Shown here: piece by piece, positions 28,132 through 38,416 of the stretch
How positions within the stretch are numbered: the first letter of the stretch is position 1
Layout: each line of letters opens with the position of its first letter
Assembly (NCBI GenBank): GCA_028683785.1
Contig: JAQUHC010000001.1
Span: 1-52,547, forward strand
Source of the DNA: Oscillospiraceae bacterium
GTDB taxonomy: Bacteria > Bacillota > Clostridia > Oscillospirales > Acutalibacteraceae
DNA length: 52,547 nt
Direction of reading: 5' to 3'
Translations under genes and position numbers: made by a program
Notes under the pieces: model-generated
Told to the model about the DNA's origin: nothing
Databases searched by the model: none
The model's input: the letters and a program-made list of their open reading frames with translations, nothing else

Positions 28132-29187
28132 ATGGAATTAAATGAACGCAAACAGAGAATTTTGTCAGCCGTAATCGATATATTTATACGCACAGGTGAG
28201 CCGGTCGGCTCCAAGGCATTGGTTGGATTGCTTGATAATTCGGTTTCATCCGCCACCATCCGAAACGAAATGGCAGAGTTGGCGGCAATGGGTTACCTTG
28301 AGCAGCCACACACATCCGCCGGGCGGATACCCACGGCCATTGCTTTCAGGCTTTATATTGACAAGCTTATGAAGAGAAACGAGCTTTCTGAGCAAGATAG
28401 GCGAGGAATTGACGGGATGCTGACACATGCGGCAGACGACCCGGAAAAGCTTATCGGGACGGCGTCTCAGGCTTTGGCGGAAGAGACGGGATGCATAGCC
28501 GTTACCACAACCCCTACCGGGAAAACCGCAGACATCCGAATGATTGATGTTTTGCGTATATCTTCACTCTCGGCTGCATTACTGCTTATGAGCGGCTCCG
28601 GTCTTCTTCGTACAAAGGTATGCAGGTTTGACAGGGTGATAAGCGACAACACGCTGGAAATGCTGTCACAGCAGCTTAATCAAAACTTTTGCGGCTGCTC
28701 TCTTTCAGATATTGGACTGCCGCAGATACAGGGTATGGTTGTTTCGCTTGGTGAGCACGGGCTTTTATGTGCACCTGCTCTAAACGCATTTTATCAGCTT
28801 GTACAGGAATCGGCTGAAGCTGAGGTATTGCTTACAGGGCAGCTTAACCTTCTCCGCCATCCCGATTACGAACCTGAACGTGCCCGTGATCTGTTGTCCT
28901 TTCTTGCACACCGTGAACTGCTGTCCGGTCTGCTGACTGCAATGCCCAATGGGCTTCGTGTTGTAATAGGAAGCGAAAGTCAAAGGCCGGAGCTTGACGG
29001 GTCAAGTATAATTGTTACAAGATACAAATTGGGCGGGGGACCGGACGGCTCCATCGGCATTATCGGACCGCTTCGCATGAATTATGCGACGGAAATACCC
29101 CGCATTGAATATTTTGCATGGTCAATAGGCAAAATTCTTGATGAGATTATGGGCGAAAACAACGGAAGGATTATTAATGAGGAATAG
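28132..29187 (+). CDS. hrcA: heat-inducible transcription repressor HrcA
   Basis: MELNERKQRILSAVIDIFIRTGEPVGSKAL N-terminus after a GGAGG RBS. The ORF-track start at 28033 runs through the promoter and CIRCE. Confidence 0.95.
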   Translation: MELNERKQRILSAVIDIFIRTGEPVGSKALVGLLDNSVSSATIRNEMAELAAMGYLEQPHTSAGRIPTAIAFRLYIDKLMKRNELSEQDRRGIDGMLTHAADDPEKLIGTASQALAEETGCIAVTTTPTGKTADIRMIDVLRISSLSAALLLMSGSGLLRTKVCRFDRVISDNTLEMLSQQLNQNFCGCSLSDIGLPQIQGMVVSLGEHGLLCAPALNAFYQLVQESAEAEVLLTGQLNLLRHPDYEPERARDLLSFLAHRELLSGLLTAMPNGLRVVIGSESQRPELDGSSIIVTRYKLGGGPDGSIGIIGPLRMNYATEIPRIEYFAWSIGKILDEIMGENNGRIINEE

Positions 29188-29199
29188 GGAGGCAATACC

Positions 29200-29790
29200 G
29201 TGGACAATACGGAAACTACAAAAACGCCCGATACCCAAGAGGTAGCACCCGAGGCGGAAAAACAGGATGTTAAATCGGCAGAAAATGAGAAGCCCGATTC
29301 ATCCTGCAAGTCGGCTAAGACCGGCAAAAAGGAGGATGAACGAAAACGGCTTCGGGAGGAAAATGAGAAATTAAAGCATGAGCTTTCCGATCTCGACGAT
29401 GTTTATCGTCGTATGCTTGCTGAATATTCAAACTATAAACGGCGCACCGAACAAGAAAAGGAGCAGTTGGGCAATTATGTCAAGTCGGAAACACTGAAAT
29501 CCCTTCTTCCGGTACTGGATAATCTTGAACGCGCTGTAAATGCTCCGCCCGGAGATGAATATAAAACCGGCATTGAAATGATAATTCGCCAGTTAGCCGA
29601 ACTGCTTACTGCTCAGGGGCTGGATACAATAAACCCTTTGGGAGAGGTCTTTAATCCTGAAATTCATCATGCGGTAATGCGTGTTGATGCCGAGGGGGTT
29701 GAGCCCGATACGGTCACTCAGGTATTTCAAAAGGGATACAGGCTGGGCGAAAGATTGCTTCGCCCAGCAATGGTTAAGGTTGCAAATTAA
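29200..29790 (+). CDS. grpE: nucleotide exchange factor GrpE
   Basis: GTG start after GGGAGG. YKRRTEQEKE coiled coil and the C-terminal FNPEIHHAV...GYRLGERLLRPAMVKV. Confidence 0.95.
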   Translation: MDNTETTKTPDTQEVAPEAEKQDVKSAENEKPDSSCKSAKTGKKEDERKRLREENEKLKHELSDLDDVYRRMLAEYSNYKRRTEQEKEQLGNYVKSETLKSLLPVLDNLERAVNAPPGDEYKTGIEMIIRQLAELLTAQGLDTINPLGEVFNPEIHHAVMRVDAEGVEPDTVTQVFQKGYRLGERLLRPAMVKVAN

Positions 29791-29827
29791 TTTATAATAT
29801 AAATGAACTAAAGAATGGAGAATTTTT

Positions 29828-31657
29828 ATGGCAAAAATAATTGGTATTGACCTTGGTACAACAAATTCATGTGTATCCGTGATTGAAGGCGGAGAACCTG
29901 TTGTTATTCCCAATGCCGAGGGATCGCGCACTACACCGTCGGTTGTTGCATTTAAAAAGGACGGAGAGCGCATTCTCGGGCGGGTTGCCAAGCAGCAGGC
30001 AGTTTCCAATCCGGATCGCACCATTTCATCAATAAAAAGAGAGATGGGCAGCAAATTTACCGTAAATATTGACGGTAAAGCATACACCCCTCAAGAAATA
30101 TCAGCCATGATTTTGACAAAGCTCAAGGAGGATGCCGAGGCTTATCTCGGTGATAAGGTAACCGATGCGGTTATTACCGTTCCGGCTTATTTCACCGATT
30201 CACAGCGCCAGGCAACGAAGGATGCGGGCAAAATTGCAGGTCTTGAGGTAAAGCGTATAATCAACGAGCCGACAGCTGCCGCGCTTGCTTACGGTATTGA
30301 TAAGGGTAATGACCAGAAGGTTATGGTTTATGACCTTGGCGGCGGCACATTTGACGTTTCGGTAATCGAGATGGGGGACGGTGTTCAGGAGGTTTTGGCC
30401 ACCGCAGGTAACAACCGTTTAGGCGGTGATGATTTCGATCAAAAGATTGTTGATTGGATGGTCGCCGAATTTAAAAAGGATAACGGTATTGACCTGTCAA
30501 AAGATAAAATGGCTTTGCAGCGTCTGCGTGAAGCTGCCGAAAAATCAAAGGTTGAGCTTTCAGGTTCCACCACCAGCTCGATAAATCTTCCCTTCATCAC
30601 GGCCGATGCATCCGGACCGAAGCATCTTGATTTCACCCTGACACGCGCCAAATTTAACGAGATGACTGCTTCACTTGTTGAAGCCACCATGGGGCCGGTT
30701 CGTCAGGCATTAAGCGACTCGGGGCTAAGCAAGGATCAGATAAACAAGGTACTGCTTGTCGGAGGTTCTACCCGTATTCCCGCCGTGCAGGAAGCTATAA
30801 AGGATTTTATGGGGAATGAACCGTTTAAGGGAATTAACCCCGACGAGTGTGTTGCTATGGGGGCAGCCTTACAGGCGGGCGTTCTCGGAGGAGATGTCAA
30901 GGGACTGTTGCTTCTCGATGTTACGCCGCTTTCGCTCGGTGTCGAAACAATGGGCGGAGTTATGACAAAGGTAATCGAGCGCAACACAACCATTCCCACA
31001 AAAAAGAGCCAGATATTCTCGACAGCCGCCGACAATCAGCCGTCTGTTGAGGTTCATGTGCTTCAGGGCGAGCGTGATTTTGCCAAGGATAACAAGAGCC
31101 TCGGAATGTTCCATCTTGACGGAATTGCCCCTGCTCGTCGCGGTGTTCCGCAGATAGAGGTTACCTTTGATATTGATGCAAACGGAATTGTAAATGTGAG
31201 CGCAAAGGATCTCGGCACAGGGCGTGAACAGCATATTACAATCACCTCCAGCACCAATATGTCCAAGGATGATGTTGAAAAGGCCGTGCAGGAAGCTCAG
31301 CAGTACGCCGAGGAGGATAAAAAACGCCGTGAAGAGGTGGAAACCCGCAACGCCGCCGACCAGATGGTTTATCAGTGCGAAAAGACAATAGGTGAGCTTG
31401 GAGACAAGATTGAGGAAGACGATAAGAACGAGCTTAATAACAAGATTGACACATTGAAAGAAGCCCTTAAAGGGGATAACATTGAAGATATCAAGGCCAA
31501 GCAGGAGGAGCTTACCAAGAAATTCTACGAAGTCTCCGAAAAGGTATATAAAAATGCCGCTCCCCCGCAGGACGGCGCTCCGGATGGCGGAGCAGCCGAC
31601 GGAACTCAGGATGGTAATCCGGAGGATGGTCAGTTTTACGACGGCGAAGTAAAATAA
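29828..31657 (+). CDS. dnaK: molecular chaperone DnaK (Hsp70)
   Basis: [20 protein letters not shown] and [14 protein letters not shown] signatures. 609 aa. Confidence 0.98.
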   Translation: MAKIIGIDLGTTNSCVSVIEGGEPVVIPNAEGSRTTPSVVAFKKDGERILGRVAKQQAVSNPDRTISSIKREMGSKFTVNIDGKAYTPQEISAMILTKLKEDAEAYLGDKVTDAVITVPAYFTDSQRQATKDAGKIAGLEVKRIINEPTAAALAYGIDKGNDQKVMVYDLGGGTFDVSVIEMGDGVQEVLATAGNNRLGGDDFDQKIVDWMVAEFKKDNGIDLSKDKMALQRLREAAEKSKVELSGSTTSSINLPFITADASGPKHLDFTLTRAKFNEMTASLVEATMGPVRQALSDSGLSKDQINKVLLVGGSTRIPAVQEAIKDFMGNEPFKGINPDECVAMGAALQAGVLGGDVKGLLLLDVTPLSLGVETMGGVMTKVIERNTTIPTKKSQIFSTAADNQPSVEVHVLQGERDFAKDNKSLGMFHLDGIAPARRGVPQIEVTFDIDANGIVNVSAKDLGTGREQHITITSSTNMSKDDVEKAVQEAQQYAEEDKKRREEVETRNAADQMVYQCEKTIGELGDKIEEDDKNELNNKIDTLKEALKGDNIEDIKAKQEELTKKFYEVSEKVYKNAAPPQDGAPDGGAADGTQDGNPEDGQFYDGEVK

Positions 31658-31663
31658 ATTACA

Positions 31664-31705
31664 AAATCCACCGTGAGGTATTTGCGGTGGATTTATCCCT
31701 TTATT
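31664..31705 (+). terminator. rho-independent terminator or attenuator after dnaK
   Basis: aaatccaccg pairs with cggtggattt and is followed by a T-rich tract. Confidence 0.65.
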
Positions 31706-31715
31706 ATTTGATTAG

Positions 31716-31752
31716 TGCCTTTCCGTTTACGGAAAGGCATGGAAAGGCATGG
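31716..31752 (+). promoter_or_regulatory. dnaJ leader hairpin: anti-SD CCTTTCC paired to the first of two tandem GGAAAGGCAT boxes
   Basis: A perfect 10-bp stem, tgcctttccg-ttta-cggaaaggca (31716-31739). A second ggaaaggcat copy lies at 31741-31750. The dnaJ ATG is at 31760. Confidence 0.35.
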
Positions 31753-31759
31753 TTCTTTA

Positions 31760-32899
31760 ATGGCCGAGGATAAACGTGATTATTACGAGGTGCTGGGCCT
31801 CGGAAAAGGTGCTTCGGAGGATGAAATAAAAAAGGCATATAGAACGATGGCAAAAAAATACCATCCCGACCTGAATCCCGGTGATAAACAGGCTGAAGCT
31901 CGGTTCAAAGAGGTTAATGAAGCCTATGAGGTTCTTTCGGATAGCCAGAAAAAAGCCCGTTATGACCAGTACGGTCACGCGGGAGTTGACCCGAATTTCG
32001 GGGCGGGAGGCTATCAGGGATATGGCTTTGACGGAATGGATTTCGATCTGGGCGATATATTTTCCTCGTTTTTCGGTGGGGGTGGCAGGAGACAGAACCC
32101 CAATACGCCCAGACGGGGCAGTGACATTTCTTCACAGGTGGTTATTTCGTTTGAGGAAGCCGCACGCGGCTGTAAGAAGCAGGTGGACATACGGGTTGTA
32201 ACAAGCTGTAGAGAATGCGGAGGCAACGGTGCCGCCAAAGGAACAACACCTAAAACATGTTCTTCATGTAACGGCAGCGGACAGGAGCGAAAACAGCAGA
32301 GAACGCCCTTCGGGGTGGTTCAGACACAGACAGTATGTTCGAAATGCCGCGGCAAGGGCACGATTATCGTTAATCCATGCCGTGAATGTGATGGAACCGG
32401 TCATGTCCGAACATCTACCTCAGTCGGAATAAATATCCCCGCAGGAATTGACGACAGACAGGTCATAAGCATACGCGGCAAGGGTAATGCCGGAACAAAC
32501 GGTGGTCCTCCAGGTGATTTGCAGGTGGCGGTTGCTGTTAGACCCCATCCGGTTTTTGAGCGTGACGGATATAATGTGTGGTATGAGATGCCCCTAACCT
32601 TTGCACAGGCTGCCCTTGGTGCAGAGGTTGAGGTACCTACATTGGACGGAAAGATAACTTACACAATAAAAGAGGGCACCCAGCCGGGGGACATGTTTAC
32701 ATTAAAGGGCAAAGGAATTCCCAACATCAACGGACGGGGACGAGGAAATCAAATTCTAAAAGTTACGATCGAAGTACCGCAAAAGCTTAGTAGCTCCCAG
32801 AAAAAGCTTTTAAAAGAATTTGAGGAAGCCAGCGAAGAGAACAATTATCCAAAACGAAAAAGCTTTTTCAAAAAAGTCAAGGATGCATTTAATTCATAA
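31760..32899 (+). CDS. dnaJ: molecular chaperone DnaJ
   Basis: J domain (DYYEVLGL...KKYHPD), G/F-rich linker and four CxxCxGxG zinc motifs. The ORF-track start at 31715 lies inside the leader hairpin. Confidence 0.97.
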   Translation: MAEDKRDYYEVLGLGKGASEDEIKKAYRTMAKKYHPDLNPGDKQAEARFKEVNEAYEVLSDSQKKARYDQYGHAGVDPNFGAGGYQGYGFDGMDFDLGDIFSSFFGGGGRRQNPNTPRRGSDISSQVVISFEEAARGCKKQVDIRVVTSCRECGGNGAAKGTTPKTCSSCNGSGQERKQQRTPFGVVQTQTVCSKCRGKGTIIVNPCRECDGTGHVRTSTSVGINIPAGIDDRQVISIRGKGNAGTNGGPPGDLQVAVAVRPHPVFERDGYNVWYEMPLTFAQAALGAEVEVPTLDGKITYTIKEGTQPGDMFTLKGKGIPNINGRGRGNQILKVTIEVPQKLSSSQKKLLKEFEEASEENNYPKRKSFFKKVKDAFNS

Positions 32900-32906
32900 T
32901 ATTTAT

Positions 32907-32940
32907 AAAAAGGCACCCGAAATCACGGGGTGCCTTTTTC
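32907..32940 (+). terminator. rho-independent terminator of the dnaK operon
   Basis: aggcaccc pairs with ggggtgcct, followed by TTTTT. Confidence 0.85.
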
Positions 32941-32977
32941 AAATATGAATAAAGTTTCATGTAATATTGAATAATTA

Positions 32978-33006
32978 TTGATTTTATACAACTTTTATTG
33001 TATTAT
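32978..33006 (+). promoter_or_regulatory. candidate sigma-A promoter for the ABC transporter / pyr gene string
   Basis: TTGATT, a 17-nt spacer, then TATTAT. Confidence 0.5.
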
Positions 33007-33043
33007 ATAAACTATGAAAATTGAAATAGAGGAGTGGTTACAA

Positions 33044-33832
33044 ATGAAAAGGTCAATAGGTTTAATTCTGGTTCTTTGCATGATTACGGTTATTGTTTCG
33101 GGCTGCGGTGTTAAAAAGAACACCGTTTTCGGGGTCGATGATCTTCCGGGTAAAAAAATCGGGGTCCAGCTTGGAACAACAGGTGATATCTATGCTTCCG
33201 ATTATGAAAAGAAAGGCTCCACAATTGAGCGTTATAACAAGGGTGCTGATGCTGTTCAGGCTCTGAAACAGGGCAAAATTGACTGTGTTATAATCGACAA
33301 CGAGCCTGCCAGGGTTTTTGTGGAAAAGAATGAGGACCTTAAAATATTGGATGAACCGTTTGAGGTTGAGGATTATGCAATTTGCATTGATAAAGGGAAT
33401 ACCGAATTAAAAGACAAGATCAATGCAGCTTTGGCGAAGTTAAAATCCGACGGAATATTGGAAAATATTATTAATAACTATATCGGAGATGACACAAAGG
33501 GCAAAACCCCCTATGTTTCACCATCAAATGTAAGCAGGTCAAACGGAGTACTTAAAATGGCTACCAATGCTGAATTTGAGCCCTATGAGTATATGGAAGG
33601 GGATAAGGTAGTCGGAATAGATGCCGATATGGCTCAGGCGGTTGCCGACATTCTCGGTATGGAGCTCAAAATCGAAAATATGGAATTTGATTCAATTATA
33701 ACCTCGGTACAGAGCGGAAAGGCCGATATCGGTGTAGCGGGCATGACGGTTACCGAAGATAGAAAGAAGAACGTGGATTTCACCGACTCCTATACAACCG
33801 CGACACAGGTTATAATCGTAAGGGTAAAATAA
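33044..33832 (+). CDS. amino-acid ABC transporter substrate-binding lipoprotein with circularly permuted domain order
   Basis: Lipobox VSGC. The usual C-terminal part of an SBP_bac_3 protein (DLPGKKIGVQLGTTGD...YAICIDKGNTELKDKINAALAKLKSDG) comes first. The usual N-terminal part (LKMATNAEFEPYEY...GIDADMAQAVA...GKADIGVAGMTVTEDRKKNVDFTDSY) comes last. Confidence 0.8.
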   Translation: MKRSIGLILVLCMITVIVSGCGVKKNTVFGVDDLPGKKIGVQLGTTGDIYASDYEKKGSTIERYNKGADAVQALKQGKIDCVIIDNEPARVFVEKNEDLKILDEPFEVEDYAICIDKGNTELKDKINAALAKLKSDGILENIINNYIGDDTKGKTPYVSPSNVSRSNGVLKMATNAEFEPYEYMEGDKVVGIDADMAQAVADILGMELKIENMEFDSIITSVQSGKADIGVAGMTVTEDRKKNVDFTDSYTTATQVIIVRVK

Positions 33833-33915
33833 CTTACATCATTACATATTAATTACTCGGTGGGGTTGAAATTTTTAACCCCGCCTTGTATTTAATAGAA
33901 TTAGGATTTGAAATA

Positions 33916-34653
33916 ATGAGCTTTATTATAAGATTTATAAATAATTTTATAGATAATTTTTCGGATAAATTCTATCAGAATATAATTGCCGAGAACAGAT
34001 GGCAGCTGATAATTAAAGGGCTTCTGATTACATTGGAGGTTACCTTTTTTGCGGTTTTATTAGGTATTGTCATAGGCTTTGTTGTTGCTATTATTAGGTC
34101 GACATATGAGACAACCGTCAAGCCCAATTTACTTTTCAAAATTATTAATTTTATATCCAAGGTATATCTTACCGTCATCAGGGGAACGCCGGTTATAATT
34201 CAATTGTTGATTGTATATTTTGTTATATTTGCATCGGTTGATATAAATAAGGTGGTAGCCGCAGTAATTGCATTCGGCATTAATTCGGGGGCTTATGTTG
34301 CCGAAATTGTTCGTTCGGGAATTATGTCGGTGGATAAAGGGCAGTTTGAGGCCGGTAGAAGTCTTGGACTTAATTATTTCCAGACCATGATCACCATCGT
34401 ACTGCCCCAGGCGCTCAAAAATATTCTTCCTGCATTGGGAAACGAATTTATCGTGCTTTTAAAGGAAACCTCGGTTTCAGGTTATATCGCATTAATGGAC
34501 TTGACAAAAGCGGCTGATACAATAAGGAGCAGGACATATGAAGCATTTTTCCCGCTACTTACCGCAGCATTTATATATCTGATACTGGTTATGATATTAT
34601 CTGCAGGAGTGACAAGACTCGAAAGGTGGCTGCGTAAGAGTGATCGTCGTTAA
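33916..34653 (+). CDS. amino-acid ABC transporter permease (HisM/GlnP type)
   Basis: The EAA-loop region [41 protein letters not shown] is present. The ORF-track start is a TTG at 33886. Confidence 0.9.
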   Translation: MSFIIRFINNFIDNFSDKFYQNIIAENRWQLIIKGLLITLEVTFFAVLLGIVIGFVVAIIRSTYETTVKPNLLFKIINFISKVYLTVIRGTPVIIQLLIVYFVIFASVDINKVVAAVIAFGINSGAYVAEIVRSGIMSVDKGQFEAGRSLGLNYFQTMITIVLPQALKNILPALGNEFIVLLKETSVSGYIALMDLTKAADTIRSRTYEAFFPLLTAAFIYLILVMILSAGVTRLERWLRKSDRR

Positions 34654-35365
34654 AAATCTTCACAAAAAATTTAATAGCGAAATTGAAGTATTAAGAGGTG
34701 TGGACCAACATATAAGACCGGGTGAGAAGGTCGTTATTGTAGGTCCCTCCGGCTCAGGAAAATCTACATTCTTGCGCTGCCTTAATCTGCTTGAGCAGCC
34801 GACGCAGGGCGAGATATGGTTTGACGGTCAGCTTATAAATGCGAAAAATGTCGATATTGATAAGGTCAGGGCGCGTATGGGGATGGTGTTTCAGCATTTC
34901 AACCTGTTTTCCCATAAAACCGTTATTCAGAATATTACCCTTGCTCCCATCAAGTTAAAGCTGCAAAGCCCGGAAGAGGCTAAAGAAAATGCATTACAGC
35001 TGTTAAGGCGTGTAGGCCTTGAGGATAAGGCAGATGCATATCCTTCTCAGATTTCAGGCGGGCAAAAGCAGAGAATTGCAATTGTTCGTTCTCTTGCAAT
35101 GAACCCCAAAGTTATGCTGTTTGATGAACCGACATCGGCTCTCGATCCCGAAATGGTGGGGGAGGTTCTGGATGTTATGAAGGAGCTTGCGGATAGTGGT
35201 ATGACAATGGTGGTCGTTACCCATGAAATGGGCTTTGCAAGAGAGATTGCAACAAGGGTGCTGTTTATGGATGACGGTAAAATACTCGAGGAAGCTCCGC
35301 CTAAGGAGTTCTTTTCAAATCCGGAAAACCCGAGACTTAAAGAGTTTTTATCCAAAATACTATAA
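34640..35365 (+). CDS. amino-acid ABC transporter ATP-binding protein
   Basis: Walker [10 protein letters not shown], signature ISGGQKQR, Walker [12 protein letters not shown]. The GTG start overlaps the permease stop. Confidence 0.95.
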   Translation: MIVVKNLHKKFNSEIEVLRGVDQHIRPGEKVVIVGPSGSGKSTFLRCLNLLEQPTQGEIWFDGQLINAKNVDIDKVRARMGMVFQHFNLFSHKTVIQNITLAPIKLKLQSPEEAKENALQLLRRVGLEDKADAYPSQISGGQKQRIAIVRSLAMNPKVMLFDEPTSALDPEMVGEVLDVMKELADSGMTMVVVTHEMGFAREIATRVLFMDDGKILEEAPPKEFFSNPENPRLKEFLSKIL

Positions 35366-35398
35366 TGAGTACTAAGATCATTTTTGCAGGGAAGTGAA

Positions 35399-36682
35399 TT
35401 GGTGGAAAAGCTCCTGATTAAAGATGCGTTTATTATAGATCCTGCAACCGATATTCAGGACAAGCTTGATATGCTTATCACAGACGGACGGGTTGCCGCA
35501 ATTGCTCCCGGTATCAAGGCTGAGGATGCCGAAGTGATAAACGCGGATGGGCTGGTATGCGCTCCAGGTATTGTTGATATGCATGTTCATCTCCGTGACC
35601 CCGGACAAACTTATAAAGAGAATATCGAATCCGGTTGTTGCGCAGCAGCAGCAGGGGGGGTTACAACGGTTGCTTGTATGCCCAATACACAACCTGTAAG
35701 TGATAATACCGAGATAATCGGTGATATAATAAATCGCTCAAGCAATGCCCGCACTCATGTTTATCCCGTAGCTGCGGCAACCAAATCACTTGAGGGGCAG
35801 GAATTAACCGATTTTTCGGCTTTAAAAGCGGCGGGTGCCATTGCGATATCCGACGACGGACGACCGATTTCAACCGCCGCCATGATGGATGCAATGAAAA
35901 ATGCAGCGTTATGCGGGCTTAAGGTATTATCTCATTGTGAGGATTTATCGCTGGTTCGTGGCGGAATTATGAACGAGGGGGATGTATCGCGAAAACTCGG
36001 TGTACCGGGAATTCATCGTGCTGCTGAAGAGGTTGGAACGGCACGGGATATTGCTTTGTCCGCGGCGACAGGATTGCCTGTTCATATCTGCCATGTAAGC
36101 ACAAGAGGAAGTGTCGCTTTGATAGTGGATGCAAAGAAACGAGGCGTTCCGGTAACCGGTGAGACAGCCCCTCATTATTTTATGTTGACTGATAAACTGC
36201 TTGAAAAGCGGGATGGGGATTATCGAATGAATCCTCCTCTCCGCACACAGGACGATGTGAATGCGGTTATTGAGGGATTGTGTGACGGTACGCTGACCGC
36301 TATTGCAACCGACCATGCACCCCACTCTCCCGAAGATAAGGCGGATTTTATTAATGCGCCAAACGGCGTTATAGGGCTTGAAACCTCGCTCGCGGCGGGA
36401 ATTACGGCGCTGGTTAAACCCGGGTATATCACCCTTGCACATCTACTGGCTTTGATGTCAGCCAATCCGGCAAACATACTCGGAATTTCTGCCGGTTCAT
36501 TAAAAATAGGATCACCCGCTGATGTTGTCATTTTTGATCCATCCGAAGTTTGGACGGTATCCTCCGACAGGTTGCACGGAAAATCTAAGAATACACCCTT
36601 TAAGGGAATGAAGCTGTATGGAAGTGTAAAAACTACATTGTTGAGCGGTCGGCCGGTTTATAAAAACGGTAGTATTGTTTAG
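35399..36682 (+). CDS. pyrC: dihydroorotase
   Basis: DMHVHLRDPG metal motif, plus the HCEDLSL and TDHAPH blocks. The start is uncertain: the ORF track gives 35384, and TTG 35399 or GTG 35402 are alternatives. Confidence 0.9.
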   Translation: MVEKLLIKDAFIIDPATDIQDKLDMLITDGRVAAIAPGIKAEDAEVINADGLVCAPGIVDMHVHLRDPGQTYKENIESGCCAAAAGGVTTVACMPNTQPVSDNTEIIGDIINRSSNARTHVYPVAAATKSLEGQELTDFSALKAAGAIAISDDGRPISTAAMMDAMKNAALCGLKVLSHCEDLSLVRGGIMNEGDVSRKLGVPGIHRAAEEVGTARDIALSAATGLPVHICHVSTRGSVALIVDAKKRGVPVTGETAPHYFMLTDKLLEKRDGDYRMNPPLRTQDDVNAVIEGLCDGTLTAIATDHAPHSPEDKADFINAPNGVIGLETSLAAGITALVKPGYITLAHLLALMSANPANILGISAGSLKIGSPADVVIFDPSEVWTVSSDRLHGKSKNTPFKGMKLYGSVKTTLLSGRPVYKNGSIV

Positions 36683-36704
36683 GTGACATGAAAGGATATA
36701 AAAT

Positions 36705-37622
36705 ATGGCATTGGATCGTTTAATCGAAGCAATAAAACGGACCGGTAATCCTTCGGTTGCGGGGCTCGACCCAAAGCTTGAATATATACCGGAATATATG
36801 GTAAATGCAGCATTTGACGAATACGGTCAGACGCTGGAGGGAGCCGCCGAGGCACTGCTGAGTTTTAATAAAGGGATTATCGACGCCATTTGTGATATAG
36901 TTCCTGCCGTAAAACCCCAGGCTGCTTATTATGAAATGTACGGCTGGCCGGGAATGCGGACTCTTGCCAAAACCATTGAATATGCCAAAAGCAAGGGTAT
37001 GTATGTAATAATTGACGGTAAACGCAACGATATCGGCAGCACCATGGAAGCGTATGCCGCGGCGCATTTAGGGACTGCAAGGATTGGAAAAAATACAATA
37101 CCTGCCTTTGGTGGGGATGCACTTACCGTAAACGGGTATCTCGGTAAGGACGGCATAATGCCTCTGATCGATGTATGCCGAATTTCTGATGCGGGAATTT
37201 TCGTTTTGGTAAAAACATCAAACCCATCCTCAGGCGATTTACAGGATAAGATTATTGAAGGCAAGCCGGTATATCATCATATGGGTCGGCTTTGCGAGGA
37301 GTGGGGCAGAATGCTTCCCGGCAGATACGGATATTCGGGTGTAGGAGCCGTTGTTGGCGCCACATGGCCGGAACAGCTGTCAGAGCTACGCGCCAAACTT
37401 CCGCACACCTTTTTCCTTGTGCCGGGATATGGTGCTCAAGGGGGCGGGGCAGCTGATGTTAAGGGTGCTTTTGATAAGGATGGTATCGGCGGGGTGGTCA
37501 ATTCATCCAGAGGAATTCTCTGTGCATGGAAAAAGGAGGGTTGTGCTCCCGAAGATTATGCGGGGGCTGCCCGCCGTGAGGCTTTGCGTATGAAAAACGA
37601 TATCATCGCTGTTATCGGCTGA
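36705..37622 (+). CDS. pyrF: orotidine 5'-phosphate decarboxylase (type 2, long form)
   Basis: GLDPKLEYIP, IIDGKRNDIGST and LVPGYGAQGG motifs. Confidence 0.9.
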   Translation: MALDRLIEAIKRTGNPSVAGLDPKLEYIPEYMVNAAFDEYGQTLEGAAEALLSFNKGIIDAICDIVPAVKPQAAYYEMYGWPGMRTLAKTIEYAKSKGMYVIIDGKRNDIGSTMEAYAAAHLGTARIGKNTIPAFGGDALTVNGYLGKDGIMPLIDVCRISDAGIFVLVKTSNPSSGDLQDKIIEGKPVYHHMGRLCEEWGRMLPGRYGYSGVGAVVGATWPEQLSELRAKLPHTFFLVPGYGAQGGGAADVKGAFDKDGIGGVVNSSRGILCAWKKEGCAPEDYAGAARREALRMKNDIIAVIG

Positions 37623-37624
37623 AA

Positions 37625-38416
37625 TTGGGAGTGGAAGATTTGAGATATACTCAGGAATTTGGGAAAATATTAAATAAAACCGAGATTGCCAAGGGTACTT
37701 TTGATGTAATACTTCATTCACCCGAAATTGCCAAGATCGCGGCGGTAGGGCAGTTCGTAAATATTCTTTGTGACGGCTTTACTCTTAGGCGTCCAATTTC
37801 GCTTTGCGGTTTTAATTCTGAAAAAGGGATATTAAGAATTGTATTTGAAGTCAGGGGCAAGGGGACCGAATGGATGTCTCGGCTGCAAGTCGGGGATGAT
37901 ATGGACATTATAGGTCCGCTAGGACATGGTTTCGGATTGCTCGATTCATCAAAAAAGGCTGTTATCGTCGGGGGAGGCGTCGGTACCCCGCCGCTGCTCC
38001 CGGTTGCACAGTTTTACCGTGAAAATGCAACGGTTATTACCGGTTTCAGAAACGCTTCCGCCTCAATATTACAGGACGATTTTGCACAAGCGGGGACCAA
38101 CTATATTTTGTGTACCGATGATGGTTCTGCAGGAATACACGGCCTTACTACACAGGCGCTTGAACAATATCTTAATAAAAATACCTGTGATATTATATAC
38201 ACCTGCGGTCCCAAAGTAATGATGCATGGCGTGGCAAGGCTAGCTGAAGAACATAAAATTAATTGTCAGGTGTCGATGGAGGAACGAATGGGTTGCGGAG
38301 TCGGCGCCTGCCTTTGCTGTGTTTGCCCGACCAAGGATGACAATGGAAATCACTTGACACGCGTTTGCCTTAACGGTCCGGTATTTATGTCAACGGAGGT
38401 GGATTGGGATGCCTGA
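37625..38416 (+). CDS. pyrK: dihydroorotate dehydrogenase electron-transfer subunit
   Basis: FAD/NAD-binding RRPISL motif and a C-terminal 2Fe-2S cluster, CGVGACLCCVC. A TTG at 37640 is an alternative start. Confidence 0.9.
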   Translation: MGVEDLRYTQEFGKILNKTEIAKGTFDVILHSPEIAKIAAVGQFVNILCDGFTLRRPISLCGFNSEKGILRIVFEVRGKGTEWMSRLQVGDDMDIIGPLGHGFGLLDSSKKAVIVGGGVGTPPLLPVAQFYRENATVITGFRNASASILQDDFAQAGTNYILCTDDGSAGIHGLTTQALEQYLNKNTCDIIYTCGPKVMMHGVARLAEEHKINCQVSMEERMGCGVGACLCCVCPTKDDNGNHLTRVCLNGPVFMSTEVDWDA

